NCBI GenBank assembly: GCA_040414495.1
Contig: JBEDUI010000199.1
Coordinates: 956-64,955 of the forward strand
DNA: 64,000 bases
Source: Mycobacteriales bacterium
Lineage (GTDB): Bacteria > Actinomycetota > Actinomycetes > Mycobacteriales > QHCD01
Reading direction: 5' to 3'
Part shown: positions 48,692 to 59,935 of the stretch, in pieces
How positions within the stretch are numbered: position 1 is the stretch's first letter
How the letters are laid out: each line of letters starts with the position of its first letter
Translations under genes and position numbers: made by a program
The notes under the pieces: generated by a model
What the model saw: the letters and a program-made list of their open reading frames with translations, nothing else
Told to the model about the DNA's origin: nothing
Database searches by the model: none

Positions 48692-50134
48692 GTGAGCGAG
48701 ACCGAGAAGGACCGTCCGGACCCGACCGATGATGTGGTGAGCTCGCACCACACGCTCACCACACCGGCCGGTGGATTCTCCTACACCGCCACGGCCGGAC
48801 GGATCGTGCTGCGGGAGGAGGTGCACGACGACGATGGTGAATTCGACGGGCACCGGCCCAAGGCGCAATTGTTCGTGGTCAGCTATTGCCGGGACGACGT
48901 AGATCCGGCGACCCGGCCGGTGACGTTCGCATTCAACGGTGGGCCCGGTTCGTCGAGTATCTGGCTGCACATGGGATTGCTCGGCCCGGCCCGGGTGTTG
49001 ATGGGCGATGCCGGTGATCTACGGCCGCCGCCGTATGGCATCACCGAGAACGCCGAAAGCCTGCTGGTGCATTCGGATCTGGTATTCATCGATCCGGTGT
49101 CGACCGGGTTTTCGCGGGTCGCCGAGGGCGGCAAACCGGCCGAGTTCCACGGATTCCAACGTGATCTGGACGCGGTCGGTGAAATGATCCGGCTCTGGAC
49201 CACCCGCAACGGCCGGTGGATCTCGCCGAAATATCTGGCCGGTGAATCGTACGGAACACTGCGGGCGGCCGCGCTGGCATCGCATCTGCAGAAGCGATAC
49301 AGCTTCTTCCTCAATGGAATCGCGCTGATTTCCTCGGTGCTGGATTTCGGCACGATCCGGTTCACCGAGGGCAATGACCTGCCGTACACGCTGTTTCTGC
49401 CCACGTACGCCTGTCTCGCGCATTATCACGGCAAGCTCGGTGACCGGCCGCTGGCGGAGGTCCGGGCCGATGCCGAAGACCTGGCCAGCCGGGATTACCC
49501 GTACGCATTGGACCGTGGTGCCAGGCTACCGGCGGCCGACCGGGATGCCCTGCTGCAGCGGCTTTCCCGGCTAACCGGGCTCTCCACCGACTATCTCGAT
49601 CAGGTCGACCTGCGGATCGAGCACAAACGGTTCTTCCGCGAATTGCTCCGGGACCGCGGACAGATCATCGGCCGGCTCGACGGTCGGTTCACCGGGTGGG
49701 ACGCTGACGACGGCCGCGAACTGCCCAGCTACGACCCCAGCGACGTCGCGATCCGCGGGCCGTACGCGACCGCGCTCAACCACCATCTACACACGACACT
49801 CGGTTATCACTCGGATCTGCCGTACGAAGTGCTCACCGACCGCGTGCAACCGTGGAGCTACAAGGAGTTCGAGAGCAAGCACGTCAGCGTCTCCGGTGCG
49901 CTCTCCGACGCGATGCGGCAGAACGCGCACCTGCGGGTGTATGTCGCGTGTGGATACTACGACGGCGCGACGCCGTATTTCGCCGCACAGCATGCTGTGG
50001 CTCATGTGGCGTTGCCAGCGGCTTTGCGCTCGCAAATCGAGGTGCACCATTACGATGCCGGGCACATGATGTACGGCCACGAGCCGAGCCGGCTCAGGCA
50101 AAGCGCCGACCTCGCCGCCTTCGTCACCGGCTGA
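48692..50134 (+). CDS. S10 serine carboxypeptidase
   Basis: FNGGPGSSS, IDPVSTGFS, GESYG, GYYDGATP and GHMMY. Confidence 0.93.
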   Translation: MSETEKDRPDPTDDVVSSHHTLTTPAGGFSYTATAGRIVLREEVHDDDGEFDGHRPKAQLFVVSYCRDDVDPATRPVTFAFNGGPGSSSIWLHMGLLGPARVLMGDAGDLRPPPYGITENAESLLVHSDLVFIDPVSTGFSRVAEGGKPAEFHGFQRDLDAVGEMIRLWTTRNGRWISPKYLAGESYGTLRAAALASHLQKRYSFFLNGIALISSVLDFGTIRFTEGNDLPYTLFLPTYACLAHYHGKLGDRPLAEVRADAEDLASRDYPYALDRGARLPAADRDALLQRLSRLTGLSTDYLDQVDLRIEHKRFFRELLRDRGQIIGRLDGRFTGWDADDGRELPSYDPSDVAIRGPYATALNHHLHTTLGYHSDLPYEVLTDRVQPWSYKEFESKHVSVSGALSDAMRQNAHLRVYVACGYYDGATPYFAAQHAVAHVALPAALRSQIEVHHYDAGHMMYGHEPSRLRQSADLAAFVTG

Positions 50135-50155
50135 GCCGGCCACGCAACGCCAGTC

Positions 50156-50489
50156 GTGATCATGCAAGAATGACTCGTCCGCACGGCGTGTCACGGACCA
50201 TTTCTGCATGATCACCGCGAGACAGGGGCCGGCGCGGGGCTGACAGCGAGCCGCGACGAACCCAGCTCAGCCACCGACCATGATCATGATGGCTTTCGTA
50301 AAACATTTCGCGACGAAATCCATCACGATCATGGAACCTGGGTGCTCCGGATCGGTTGCCGGGCCAGCATCAGCGGTGAAATCGTCCAAATCATTCGACC
50401 ACACGTCGATGTCCGGAAACAAGCCGCAGAAAACCATGATCGTGAGCGGATTTGATACCAGTTCGGCACCAAACCCACTCATGATCATG
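50156..50489. repeat. REP-like hairpin cluster: type D (50156-50215), type C (50278-50334), type B (50435-50489)
   Basis: Three hairpins with TGATC(A/G)TG termini between the convergent S10 peptidase and aceB genes. Confidence 0.88.
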
Positions 50490-50566
50490 AAAGAGCGTTG
50501 CCCGCTGGCCGCGCCGACGAGCTGCGCAACGGACCACCGCTGAGGCAGCGACCAAACTGCCAGCGA

Positions 50567-52159
50567 TCAGTCGATCAATTCGTAGGCGGGCAAGGTCAGG
50601 AACTCGACGAAATCGTCGGAGAGCGTGACCCGGTCGAAAAGCTGCCGGGCCTCCTCGTACCGGCTGCCCGAATAGGCCTGTTCCCCGATCTCCTCGCGGA
50701 TCTTGGCCAACTCCTCATCGGCGATCTGACGCACCAGAGCCGCAGTCACGTGCGAACCGTCGTCGAGCACGGCATTGTTCCGGATCCACTGCCAGATCTG
50801 GGTACGGGAAATCTCCGCCGTCGCCGCGTCCTCCATCAGGTTGAAGATCGCGACCGCGCCGGTCCCGGCCAGCCACGAACCCAGGTACCGCAACGCCACC
50901 GCGATGTTGCCGCGCAACCCAGCGACCGTGATCGAGCCGCCAGCCGAGGCAATGTCCAACAACTGGTCGGCCCGCACGCTGACATCGTCCCGCAACCGGT
51001 CGATCTGGTTGGCCTTGGAGCCAAGCACCCCGTCGAAAACCTCGCCACACAAGGGAACCAGGTCCGGGTGCGCGACCCAGGAACCGTCGAAGCCGTCGCC
51101 GGCCTCGCGGGTCTTGTCGTCCCGAACCTTGGCCAGCGCCTGCTCGTTCACGGCCGGATCGCGGCGGCTGGGAATGAACGCGGCCATACCGCCGATTGCC
51201 GATGCGCCCCGCCGATGGCAGGTTGCGACGAGCAACTCGGTGTAGGCCCGCATGAACGGCGCTGTCATCGTCACCGTGTTGCGATCGGGCAATTGGAACC
51301 TGGTGCCCTGGTCGCGGAAATTCTTGATGATGCTGAACAGATAGTCCCAGCGACCAGCGTTGAGTCCGCTGATGTGATCGCGCAGCTCGTAGAGGATCTC
51401 CTCCATCTCGAACGCCGCGGTGAATGTCTCGATCAGCACGGTCGCCCGTACACTCCCGGCCGGAATGCCCAGCTGGGCCTCGGCGAAGCTAAAGACGTCG
51501 TTCCACAGCCGGGCTTCGAGATGACTCTCCATCTTGGGCAGATAAAAGTACGGTCCGCTCCCGCGCTTCAGCAATTCGGCCGCATTGTGGAAAAAGTACA
51601 GCCCGAAGTCGACCAGCGCGCCAACGGCTGGCCGCCCGTCAACCTGCACATGCCGCTCATCCAGATGCCAACCTCGGGGCCGCATCACAATCACCGGGCG
51701 CGGACCGTCATTCAGCGCATAGTGCCTGCCGTCAGGGGAATCGAACGTGATCGTGCCGCGGATCGCGTCGAACAGGTTGACCTGCCCGGACACCACGTTC
51801 GTCCAATGTGGAGTGTTCGCGTCCTCCATGTCGGCCAGCCAGATCTTGGCCCCGGAATTGAGCGCGTTGACGGTCATTTTACGCTCGGTCGGACCGGTCA
51901 TCTCGACCCGACGGTCCAGCAGGTCGGCCGGAATCGGGGCGACCCGCCATTCGCCGGTGCGAAACTCCTCGGTCTCGGGCAGGAAATCCAACCGGCCGTT
52001 TTCCGCGATTTCGGCCCGCCGCTTGGCCCGGCGGTCCAGCAACTCGTCGCGAACTCCCCGGAATCGGCGGTTCAGCTCGGCGACGAATTCCACTGCGTCC
52101 GCGCTCAGAATCTCCTCGGCCCGGTCAACGCCGGCCGATGCAACATCTACACCCGACAC
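50567..52159 (-). CDS. aceB: Malate synthase A
   Basis: [44 protein letters not shown] and [12 protein letters not shown]. An alternative GTG start lies at 52168. Confidence 0.97.
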   Translation of the reverse strand: MSGVDVASAGVDRAEEILSADAVEFVAELNRRFRGVRDELLDRRAKRRAEIAENGRLDFLPETEEFRTGEWRVAPIPADLLDRRVEMTGPTERKMTVNALNSGAKIWLADMEDANTPHWTNVVSGQVNLFDAIRGTITFDSPDGRHYALNDGPRPVIVMRPRGWHLDERHVQVDGRPAVGALVDFGLYFFHNAAELLKRGSGPYFYLPKMESHLEARLWNDVFSFAEAQLGIPAGSVRATVLIETFTAAFEMEEILYELRDHISGLNAGRWDYLFSIIKNFRDQGTRFQLPDRNTVTMTAPFMRAYTELLVATCHRRGASAIGGMAAFIPSRRDPAVNEQALAKVRDDKTREAGDGFDGSWVAHPDLVPLCGEVFDGVLGSKANQIDRLRDDVSVRADQLLDIASAGGSITVAGLRGNIAVALRYLGSWLAGTGAVAIFNLMEDAATAEISRTQIWQWIRNNAVLDDGSHVTAALVRQIADEELAKIREEIGEQAYSGSRYEEARQLFDRVTLSDDFVEFLTLPAYELID

Positions 52160-52209
52160 CGTACTCACTCCTCGATCCCCTTTTTTCTGATATCGCTGGT
52201 CCAGACCGG

Positions 52210-53610
52210 TCATGCTGCTGGCGAATCGTCGGCGATCGCGGCCTGCGCGACCGCTTCGGCAACGGCCGAGCTCACGTCCGGATCAAATACGCTCGGCACG
52301 ATGAAGCTCGGGTTGAGTTGCTCGGGCCGAACGACATGGGCGATCGCCCGGGCGGCCGCGACCAACATGCCCGGGGTGATCTCCCGCGCGCCGGCATCGA
52401 GCAGGCCGCGGAAGAACCCGGGAAACGCCAACACGTTGTTGATCTGATTCGGGAAATCCGACCGACCGGTGGCCACGACCGCGGCATGCCGGTGCGCCTC
52501 GATTGGATCCACCTCCGGGTCGGGGTTGGCCAAGGCGAAAACCACCGCCCGGTCGGCCATCCGCGCCACGTCATCGCCGCTGAGGATATTCGGCCCGGAC
52601 ACGCCGATAAATATGTCGGCGCCGGCTATGCCGTCGCTCAATGTGCCGGTGACACCGCGCGGATTCGTGTTGGCTGCCAGCCAGGCCCGGTCCGCGTCCA
52701 TTCCGCTCCGTCCGGAGTGGACAGCGCCTTTCCGGTCGTAACCGACGATGTCGCGGGCGCCTTCGGCCAGCAGCAGCCGGATCACCGCATGTCCGGCCGC
52801 TCCAACGCCAGCGACCACGATCCGGCACTCGGCCAGTGATTTGTCCACCACCCGCAGCGCATTGGCCAGCGCGGCCAGCACCACGATCGCGGTGCCGTGC
52901 TGGTCGTCGTGGAATACCGGGATATCCAGCAGTTCCCGCAGCCGCCGCTCAATCTCGAAGCAGCGCGGCGCCGCGATATCCTCCAGGTTGATCCCGCCGT
53001 ACACCGGCGCGATCGCCTGCACGGTACGGACAATCTCCTCGCTGTCCTGAGTGTCCAGACACACTGGCCAGGCGTCGACACCGCCGAATTGCTTGAACAG
53101 CGCGGCCTTTCCCTCCATGACCGGCAGCGCGGCGGCCGGACCGATATTGCCCAGGCCGAGTACGGCCGAACCATCAGTGACAACAGCGACCGTGTTGCGC
53201 TTGACCGTGAGCCGCCGCGCGTCAGCCGGGTTCTCGGCGATCGCCAGACATACCCGGGCTACGCCGGGGGTGTACGCACGGGACAGGTCGTCGCGGTGCC
53301 GCAGCGCGACCTTGGGGGTCACCTCGAGTTTGCCGCCCAGGTGAATCAGGAACGTACGGTCCGAAACCTTGCGCACGGTCGCACCGGGCAGGCTCGCGAT
53401 CGCTTTGGTCACCGCATCGGTGTGCGCGACGTCGATGGCGTCGCAGGTCACGTCGACCACCAGACTGTCCGCTCTCGACTCCACCACGTCCAGCGCCGTC
53501 AGCTCCGCGCCGGCCGCGCCAACGGCCTGGGTCAATGCTCCCGTGGCGCCGGTCTCGGCCGGCAACTCAACCCGTACGGTAATCGAATATCCGGGACTCG
53601 GAACTGGCAC
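52210..53610 (-). CDS. NAD-dependent malic enzyme with N-terminal ACT domain
   Basis: [39 protein letters not shown] and NNVLAFPG. Confidence 0.95.
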   Translation of the reverse strand: MPVPSPGYSITVRVELPAETGATGALTQAVGAAGAELTALDVVESRADSLVVDVTCDAIDVAHTDAVTKAIASLPGATVRKVSDRTFLIHLGGKLEVTPKVALRHRDDLSRAYTPGVARVCLAIAENPADARRLTVKRNTVAVVTDGSAVLGLGNIGPAAALPVMEGKAALFKQFGGVDAWPVCLDTQDSEEIVRTVQAIAPVYGGINLEDIAAPRCFEIERRLRELLDIPVFHDDQHGTAIVVLAALANALRVVDKSLAECRIVVAGVGAAGHAVIRLLLAEGARDIVGYDRKGAVHSGRSGMDADRAWLAANTNPRGVTGTLSDGIAGADIFIGVSGPNILSGDDVARMADRAVVFALANPDPEVDPIEAHRHAAVVATGRSDFPNQINNVLAFPGFFRGLLDAGAREITPGMLVAAARAIAHVVRPEQLNPSFIVPSVFDPDVSSAVAEAVAQAAIADDSPAA

Positions 53611-54227
53611 GGTCACTTCCCTTCTCGAATCGGGCACTGCGAGATTACTGTTTCATCAGACTCCGACGCCCTGCGACGGACCGAAATCGTTGCGGGACAG
53701 TTGAAGCGTAGGCCGCCCGCTGAAATCCCGGTCGAAACGAATAGCTAACCAATGCGCATTTCCCGTCGGGCCGAACCGTCGACGGCTCCACGAATATCGG
53801 TACGGCTCGGACAATCGCCCGGCCGGATCATTTCCATTCATGGCCGTGCACACTCTGATCGAGTGATCGACGCCGACTCGCGACGTCTGCCGAACACAGG
53901 GCATGGACATCTCCGGGCGGAACGCGCTGCGTAGCGATTTCGTATGTCGAAACGAGTGGTCCGGTTTGCGGATAGGCTACGCCGCATGTCGCGACCCAGC
54001 AAGTTGCCGCTTCGCTGGCGAGCCATCGTCGCCACATTTCGATTGACCGGACGCAATTCCGCTATTGACCCATTCGCGCCGCCGGCATTAGGCTTGATTG
54101 TACGAAAAGCTTGTTTCGTAATTCGGAAAAGCGTCGAACGACCTGCCCTGAACAGTACCGACACGTACCCGAGTCCGAGAGTTTCACGTTGCCAAGCTGA
54201 CCTGCGGATTGGCAGGAGGACTGCCCT

Positions 54228-56780
54228 GTGAGCGAGTCGACCGTGGCTGGTTCAGCCGCCGTTATTCTGTCCTACGACGCCGCGGACGCCATCGCGGGCG
54301 AACCGCCGGTGCAGTTCGCCATCGAGCGGCTCACCCAGGTGCTTCAAGCCGCCGGCGTCACAATCGGTTCGGCCGGTCTGCCCATCGACATCCGGAGTGG
54401 AACGGGCGCGGCCGAATCGTTCGAGTTCAGCCGACCCGAGGGCGGGTCCGGGCCGGTCGTGGTGACCGGCGCCGACGCGCGCGGCCTTGGCTACGGAATT
54501 CTCGAACTGGCCGATCGCGCCGCCTACGCGGACGACCCCGTGACCGTGCTCGCCGCCACAGAGCCGGTTGCCGAACGCCCGGCCACACCCGTCCGCAGCA
54601 TCTCGCGGGCGTTCGTCTCGGTCGAGGAAGACACGCCCTGGTTCCACGACCGCGCATTCTGGGCCGACTATCTGACCGAGCTGGCGACCAACCGGATCAA
54701 CCGACTGCAGCTGGCATTCGGCATGCAGTACAACTACGGCCACCACCCGGCGACGGATAATTACTTCTGCTTTTTCTATCCGTTTCTGCTCGACGTTGCC
54801 GGTTATGACGTACGGCCGGAGAACGTCTCGACACAGGAACGCGACCGCAATCTGGAAACCCTGCGTTTCATCAGCGAGGAGACCAAACGGCGCGGAATCC
54901 AGTTCCAGCTGGGTTTGTGGAATCACGCGTACGACCAGGGACCCGATTCGGACCCCACTTACCCCATTGTCGGCCTGACCCCCGAAACCCACGCGCCCTA
55001 TAGCGCCGCCGCGCTGGCGCAGCTGCTGGCCGAATGCCCAGCCATCGACGGCCTGACATTCCGGGTGCATTACGAGGGCGGTGTGCCAGAGCCCGGCCAC
55101 GAATTCTGGCGCACAGTACTGGCCGGTGCGGAGCGGGACAAGGTCGGCCGGCGGATCGAAATCGACATGCATGCCAAGGGTGTCGACGAGGGCCTGCTCG
55201 ACGTGGGCCGGGCGACCGGCCAGCCGATCGTGCTGGGCGCCAAGCACTGGGCCGAGCATCAGGGCCTGCCATACCAGCAGACGACAATCCGGGACAAGGA
55301 GCGCGCCACCAAGGGCGCCGGCACCGGTCTGATGGCGATTACCGCGCACCAGCGGCGTTTCACCAGATATGGATACGGAGATTTCCTCAAGGAAGGCCGC
55401 GACATCGACCTGCTGTTCCGGATCTGGCCGGGCAGCCAGCGGCTGCTGCTGTGGGGCGACCCGGTGCTGGCGGCCGGATACGGCCGGCTCGGCACAATCG
55501 GCGGCGCACTGGGCATCGAGCTGTGCGAGCCGTTGTTTTTCAAGGGCCGCAAGGGCACCGGCACGCCGGGCGGGCGCGACCCCTATCTGGACCCCGCGCT
55601 CACCCTGGGCGGGCAGGAATGGCGTAAATACCGCTACACGTACCGGTTGTGGGGCCGGCTGCTCTACAACCCCGACGCCGACGCGGATTCCTGGCGCCGG
55701 TTCCTGCGGGCCGAATACGGCGCGGCGGCCGGATCGGTCGAGCAGGCGCTCGGCTCGGCCAGCCGGGTGCTGCCGCTGATCACCGTGGTGCACGCGCTCG
55801 GCGCCTCGAACAACGGATATTGGCCCGAGATGTACACCGACATGCCCATTGTGGACGGTCCGCACCGCGGGTATTTCACGGGCGACTCCGCCGCTCCCCC
55901 GACCTTCGCCGGCGTGAGCTCATTCGACCCGAGCATGTTCTACCGAATTCTGGAATACGCCGACGATTTGCTGGCCGGGCGGCGGGATGGCCGCTACCCG
56001 CCGGACGAAGTGGCTGGGTGGTTCGAAACGCTGGCGCAGGACGCCGAACGGTCGTTGGCGCAGGCCCGCGACGAGATCGCCGATCCGAAGGCACCCGAAT
56101 TCCGCCGGCTCGATGTCGACGTCACTGTCCAGATTGGACTGGCCCGGTTTTTCGCCGGAAAATACCGGGCCGCATTGGCCTACACGTTGTACGAACGCAC
56201 AAAGGACCGGCGCTTCCTCAACCAGGCGTTGAGTGCGTACGAGAAAGCGCACGGGGCCTGGGTCGGGATTATCGAGACCACCGAGCACGTATACCGATCC
56301 GATCTCACGTTCGGGCACCTGTTGACCGAACACGGCCATTGGAAGGACCGGTTGCCGGCGATCGAGACCGATATGGCGGCAATGCGGGCGGTTGCCGATG
56401 GCGCTCCGGATTCGGTACGAGTGGACATTCCGCGCGTACCGCATGTCGAACGACCGGCGGTCACGCACCAACCGGCCGGATCATTTCGCCGGGGCGAGGA
56501 CGTCGACATCGCCGTCACCGGCGATGATCTGGATGCGCGCGGCCAGATTGTGCTGCGCTACCGGCACCTGAACCAGGGCGAGGATTACCAACAGGTCGCG
56601 ATGACCCGGGACGGCGGGCAATTCACGGCGCGCATTCCCGGAACCTACAGCGATTCGGACTATCCACTGGCGTATTACTTCGTCGTCCGTACCGGGGCCG
56701 GCGACGCGTGGATCGTACCGGGATTGGAGCGGACGCTAGCCAACCAGCCGTACCACGTCATCCGGCAGTCGCTGGACTAA
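54228..56780 (+). CDS. Large hypothetical protein, glycoside-hydrolase-like architecture
   Basis: 850-aa ORF with RBS AGGAGG. N-terminal VTGADARGLGYGILEL resembles the N-domain of GH20/67/115. The core is aromatic/acidic-rich and the C-terminus is Ig-like (HQP...LRYR...YYF). Confidence 0.75.
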   Translation: MSESTVAGSAAVILSYDAADAIAGEPPVQFAIERLTQVLQAAGVTIGSAGLPIDIRSGTGAAESFEFSRPEGGSGPVVVTGADARGLGYGILELADRAAYADDPVTVLAATEPVAERPATPVRSISRAFVSVEEDTPWFHDRAFWADYLTELATNRINRLQLAFGMQYNYGHHPATDNYFCFFYPFLLDVAGYDVRPENVSTQERDRNLETLRFISEETKRRGIQFQLGLWNHAYDQGPDSDPTYPIVGLTPETHAPYSAAALAQLLAECPAIDGLTFRVHYEGGVPEPGHEFWRTVLAGAERDKVGRRIEIDMHAKGVDEGLLDVGRATGQPIVLGAKHWAEHQGLPYQQTTIRDKERATKGAGTGLMAITAHQRRFTRYGYGDFLKEGRDIDLLFRIWPGSQRLLLWGDPVLAAGYGRLGTIGGALGIELCEPLFFKGRKGTGTPGGRDPYLDPALTLGGQEWRKYRYTYRLWGRLLYNPDADADSWRRFLRAEYGAAAGSVEQALGSASRVLPLITVVHALGASNNGYWPEMYTDMPIVDGPHRGYFTGDSAAPPTFAGVSSFDPSMFYRILEYADDLLAGRRDGRYPPDEVAGWFETLAQDAERSLAQARDEIADPKAPEFRRLDVDVTVQIGLARFFAGKYRAALAYTLYERTKDRRFLNQALSAYEKAHGAWVGIIETTEHVYRSDLTFGHLLTEHGHWKDRLPAIETDMAAMRAVADGAPDSVRVDIPRVPHVERPAVTHQPAGSFRRGEDVDIAVTGDDLDARGQIVLRYRHLNQGEDYQQVAMTRDGGQFTARIPGTYSDSDYPLAYYFVVRTGAGDAWIVPGLERTLANQPYHVIRQSLD

Positions 56781-56781
56781 T

Positions 56782-57738
56782 TCAGGTCGCGGCGAACGTG
56801 CGCCGGTACGCGGTCGGCGACGTGCCCAATTGCCGGACGAAATGATGCCGGAGCACGTCCGCCGAGCCGAAACCGCACCGACGCGCGATCTGCTCGATGT
56901 CGAGGTCACCGTCCTCCAGCAGGCTCTGCGCCAACAAGACCCGCTGGCGTACCAGCCATTGATTCGGCGTGGTGCCGGTCGCGTCGCCGAACCGGCGGGC
57001 GAAGGTCCGGGCCGACATGTGCGCCCGCTGCGCCAGCGAAGACACCGAAATGTCGCGGTGCAGATTTCCTTGTATCCACGCCAATACCGGCGCCAGGTCA
57101 TCCGCGCCGCCCTCGCTGCGCGGCACCGGCGTCTCGACGTACTGGGCCTGACCGCCGTGCCGATGCGGTGGCACGACCATGCGCCGGGCGATTCCGTTCG
57201 CCGCCGCCACGCCCAACTCATCGCGTACGACGTACAGACAGGCGTCGATGCCGGCCGACGTGCCCGCGCTCGTGATGATCTGCCCATCGGCGATGTAGAG
57301 CCGGTCGCAGTCCACGGTGAGGTCCGGATATCGGCGGGCCAGGCGGTCGGCGTCCCGCCAGTGCGCGGTGACCCGACGGCCGGTCAGGAGCCCGGCCGCG
57401 GCCAGCAGGAACACACCTGTGCACTCGCTGACCACGCGCGCGCCGCGTTCGATCGCCTCCCGCAGCACGGTGACGATGGCCGGCGACGGCGGCTCCTCGC
57501 GGGTGTGCCAGGCCGGGATCACGATCAGATCGGCGCTGGCCGCCCGCTCCAGCCCGTGGCCGATCTGGACCACCATTCCCCCGGCGGCGGGCAACGCCCG
57601 CGCGTTCTCCGAGCACACGGCGAAATCGAAGCGCGGCAGCCCTTCCTCGGACCGGTCAATTCCGAAGATTTCGCACGCGACCCCGAGCTCGAACGGATGA
57701 ATTCGCTCGTCGACGAGCGCTACGACGTCTCGCAACAT
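56782..57738 (-). CDS. GlxA/AdpA-like AraC regulator (DJ-1/PfpI + HTH)
   Basis: PFELGVACEIFG, CTGVF, TSAGTSAGIDAC, PPHRHGGQAQY and MSARTFARRF. Start could extend to 57771. Confidence 0.93.
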   Translation of the reverse strand: MLRDVVALVDERIHPFELGVACEIFGIDRSEEGLPRFDFAVCSENARALPAAGGMVVQIGHGLERAASADLIVIPAWHTREEPPSPAIVTVLREAIERGARVVSECTGVFLLAAAGLLTGRRVTAHWRDADRLARRYPDLTVDCDRLYIADGQIITSAGTSAGIDACLYVVRDELGVAAANGIARRMVVPPHRHGGQAQYVETPVPRSEGGADDLAPVLAWIQGNLHRDISVSSLAQRAHMSARTFARRFGDATGTTPNQWLVRQRVLLAQSLLEDGDLDIEQIARRCGFGSADVLRHHFVRQLGTSPTAYRRTFAAT

Positions 57739-57827
57739 GTTGGCAGGATATACCCGGACCATGGCGTTCATGCCACTGCCGCGTTGGCCGGGACGCGACC
57801 AGACTTGGCCCCATCACCAATTCGGTA

Positions 57828-58145
57828 GTGAGGACGAATCTGATGCAGACATTGTTTATCGGCGCCACCGCCCTGATTCTGGGCGCCGTATTAGTACGTA
57901 CGAACGCGCTGGTTGTCATTGGGCGAGCGCTGGTACGCGGTCTCCGGACATTCCGTGCGTCCCAGCAGGCGCAGGTCCAGTTGCGGGAGCGGTACCTACG
58001 CGCGCAACGTCCGTGGCAGACCGAATGGCTGCACTGGACGGCCACGGACGACGGTTGGCGCCTGGAGGGTCGGGTGCTGCCGCCAACGCGGGATCGGGTG
58101 CGGGTGCAGGCAAATACCGCCTCACCGCGAATCGGGTGCCCGTGA
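57828..58145 (+). CDS. Small hypothetical membrane protein
   Basis: N-terminal hydrophobic segment; divergent from the AraC gene. Confidence 0.5.
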   Translation: MRTNLMQTLFIGATALILGAVLVRTNALVVIGRALVRGLRTFRASQQAQVQLRERYLRAQRPWQTEWLHWTATDDGWRLEGRVLPPTRDRVRVQANTASPRIGCP

Positions 58146-58299
58146 TTGCGACATCCACTGAGGACCGTCATTAACCCTATTCATCGGACTAGTTAATTCC
58201 GCCACGGGAGAATTCCAATATCATGGTCCGATCGACTGATATCCAGCAGGACGATGTAATTCGCACCGATTCCCGGCAGTTTCCGGACAGCCGTGACAA

Positions 58300-58364
58300 T
58301 TGACACTTGACTCGCCCGACACTAACGTCTCCACATAGCAGAGTACGTGTTCCGGATTTTGGAA
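58300..58364 (+). promoter_or_regulatory. Putative glc promoter and IclR-type operator
   Basis: TTGACA-N17-TAACGT (58300-58328), followed by the palindrome TTCC-N7-GGAA (58350-58364). Confidence 0.6.
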
Positions 58365-58486
58365 GCGGTCCAAGCGTGCCCATGACAAATCTGGGTGGCG
58401 CCGACCAACGTCGACGATGACGATCCGGTGGCGGAAACTGTAGGTCGATGCTCGGTCATCTGCAGGGGCGCTAGGAGGGACGTCTG

Positions 58487-59935
58487 GTGGGCGACGCGTT
58501 ACAGGCCGACCTGATCGGCGCGCTCGGCGCCGCCTCGGTGCTCAGCAATCCGACCCAGTTGCGGACCTACGAATGCGACGGCCTGACCGGCTACAAGGTC
58601 ACTCCGCGCCTGGTCGCGCTGCCCTCTTCGGCCGAGCAGGTCGCGGCCGCGGTCGCCGCCTGCGCCAAACACAACGTGCCATTCGTCGCCCGCGGTGCCG
58701 GCAGCGGCCTGTCCGGCGGCGCCCTGCCGGTCGCCGACGGCGTGGTGATCTCGCTGCAGCGGTTGCGCCGCATCCTCGATATCGACCCGGTCAACCGGCG
58801 CGCCATCGTCGAACCGGGGGTCACCAACCTGGCCGTCAGTCACGCCGCCGCGCCGCACGACCTCTATTACGCTCCCGATCCCTCCAGCCAGCAGGTCTGC
58901 ACGATCGGCGGCAATATCGCCGAGAACTCCGGCGGCGCCCACTGCCTGAAGTACGGGTTCACCACGCACCACGTCTACGCCCTCGAGGTAGTGCTGGCCG
59001 ATGGCACCCGGACCTGGCTGGGCGGGCCGACCGGAGAGCAGGCCGGGTACGACCTGCGCGGTGCGTTTCTCGGCTCGGAGGGCACGCTCGGCATTACGAC
59101 CAAAGCGGTGATTCGGCTGCTGCGTAAGCCCGAGAGCGTACGGACACTGCTGGCCGACTTCCCCTCGATCAGCGCGGCCGGCTCCGTCGTCACCGACATC
59201 ATCGGCTCCGGGATCGTGCCAGCCGCCATCGAAATGATGGACCGGTTGGCGATCGAAGCGGCCGAGGCGGCGGTGCACGCCGGCTACACCCTGGACACTC
59301 CAGCCGCGCTGCTGATCGAACTGGACGGGCCGGAAGCCGAATGCCAAAGCCTGTTCACCGAGGTTGAGCGGATCTGCCGGGAGCACGGCACCACCAAGAT
59401 CCGGATCGCCGCCGACGCGGACGAACGGGCCGGCATGTGGCGCGGCCGTAAAGCCGCCTTCGCCGCCGTGGGCCGGATCAGTCCGAACTATTTCGTACAG
59501 GATGGTGTCGTACCACGGACCCGGCTGGCCGAGGCGCTGGACCGGATCGCCGAGATGGGCCGCGATGCCGGCATTCGCGTCGCGAACGTCTTTCACGCCG
59601 GCGATGGCAACCTGCACCCGCTGGTCCTCTACTCCGAGGCCGCCGGGGAACACGACCGGGCCGAGCAGCTATCCAAACAGATCGCCGAGCTGTGCGTGGA
59701 ATTCGGCGGATCGCTGTCGGGCGAGCACGGCATCGGCACTGACAAGGCCTGCTCGATGCCGACCATGTTCTCAGGCACCGACCTGGCCACCATGGCGACG
59801 CTGCGTTCGGCGTTCGACCCGGCCGGTCTGGCCAATCCGGGTAAGGTCCTGCCGACGCCGCGACTGTGCGGCGAGAAACCCGGGCCGTACCAGCCCCATC
59901 CCCTTGAGGCCGCCGGTGTCATCGAACGACTCTGA
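58487..59935 (+). CDS. glcD: Glycolate oxidase FAD subunit
   Basis: YECDGL, ARGAGSGLSGG, PDPSSQ, ENSGGAHCLKYG, FHAGDGNLHP and GEHGIG. Confidence 0.93.
   Translation: MGDALQADLIGALGAASVLSNPTQLRTYECDGLTGYKVTPRLVALPSSAEQVAAAVAACAKHNVPFVARGAGSGLSGGALPVADGVVISLQRLRRILDIDPVNRRAIVEPGVTNLAVSHAAAPHDLYYAPDPSSQQVCTIGGNIAENSGGAHCLKYGFTTHHVYALEVVLADGTRTWLGGPTGEQAGYDLRGAFLGSEGTLGITTKAVIRLLRKPESVRTLLADFPSISAAGSVVTDIIGSGIVPAAIEMMDRLAIEAAEAAVHAGYTLDTPAALLIELDGPEAECQSLFTEVERICREHGTTKIRIAADADERAGMWRGRKAAFAAVGRISPNYFVQDGVVPRTRLAEALDRIAEMGRDAGIRVANVFHAGDGNLHPLVLYSEAAGEHDRAEQLSKQIAELCVEFGGSLSGEHGIGTDKACSMPTMFSGTDLATMATLRSAFDPAGLANPGKVLPTPRLCGEKPGPYQPHPLEAAGVIERL

Noticed and set aside
50267..50543. Small ORFs starting MIM/MIV over the hairpin clusters (also 19405-19767 and 63408-63794)
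   Set aside because: Their ATGs arise from the CATGATCATG repeat ends, and they show no coding features.
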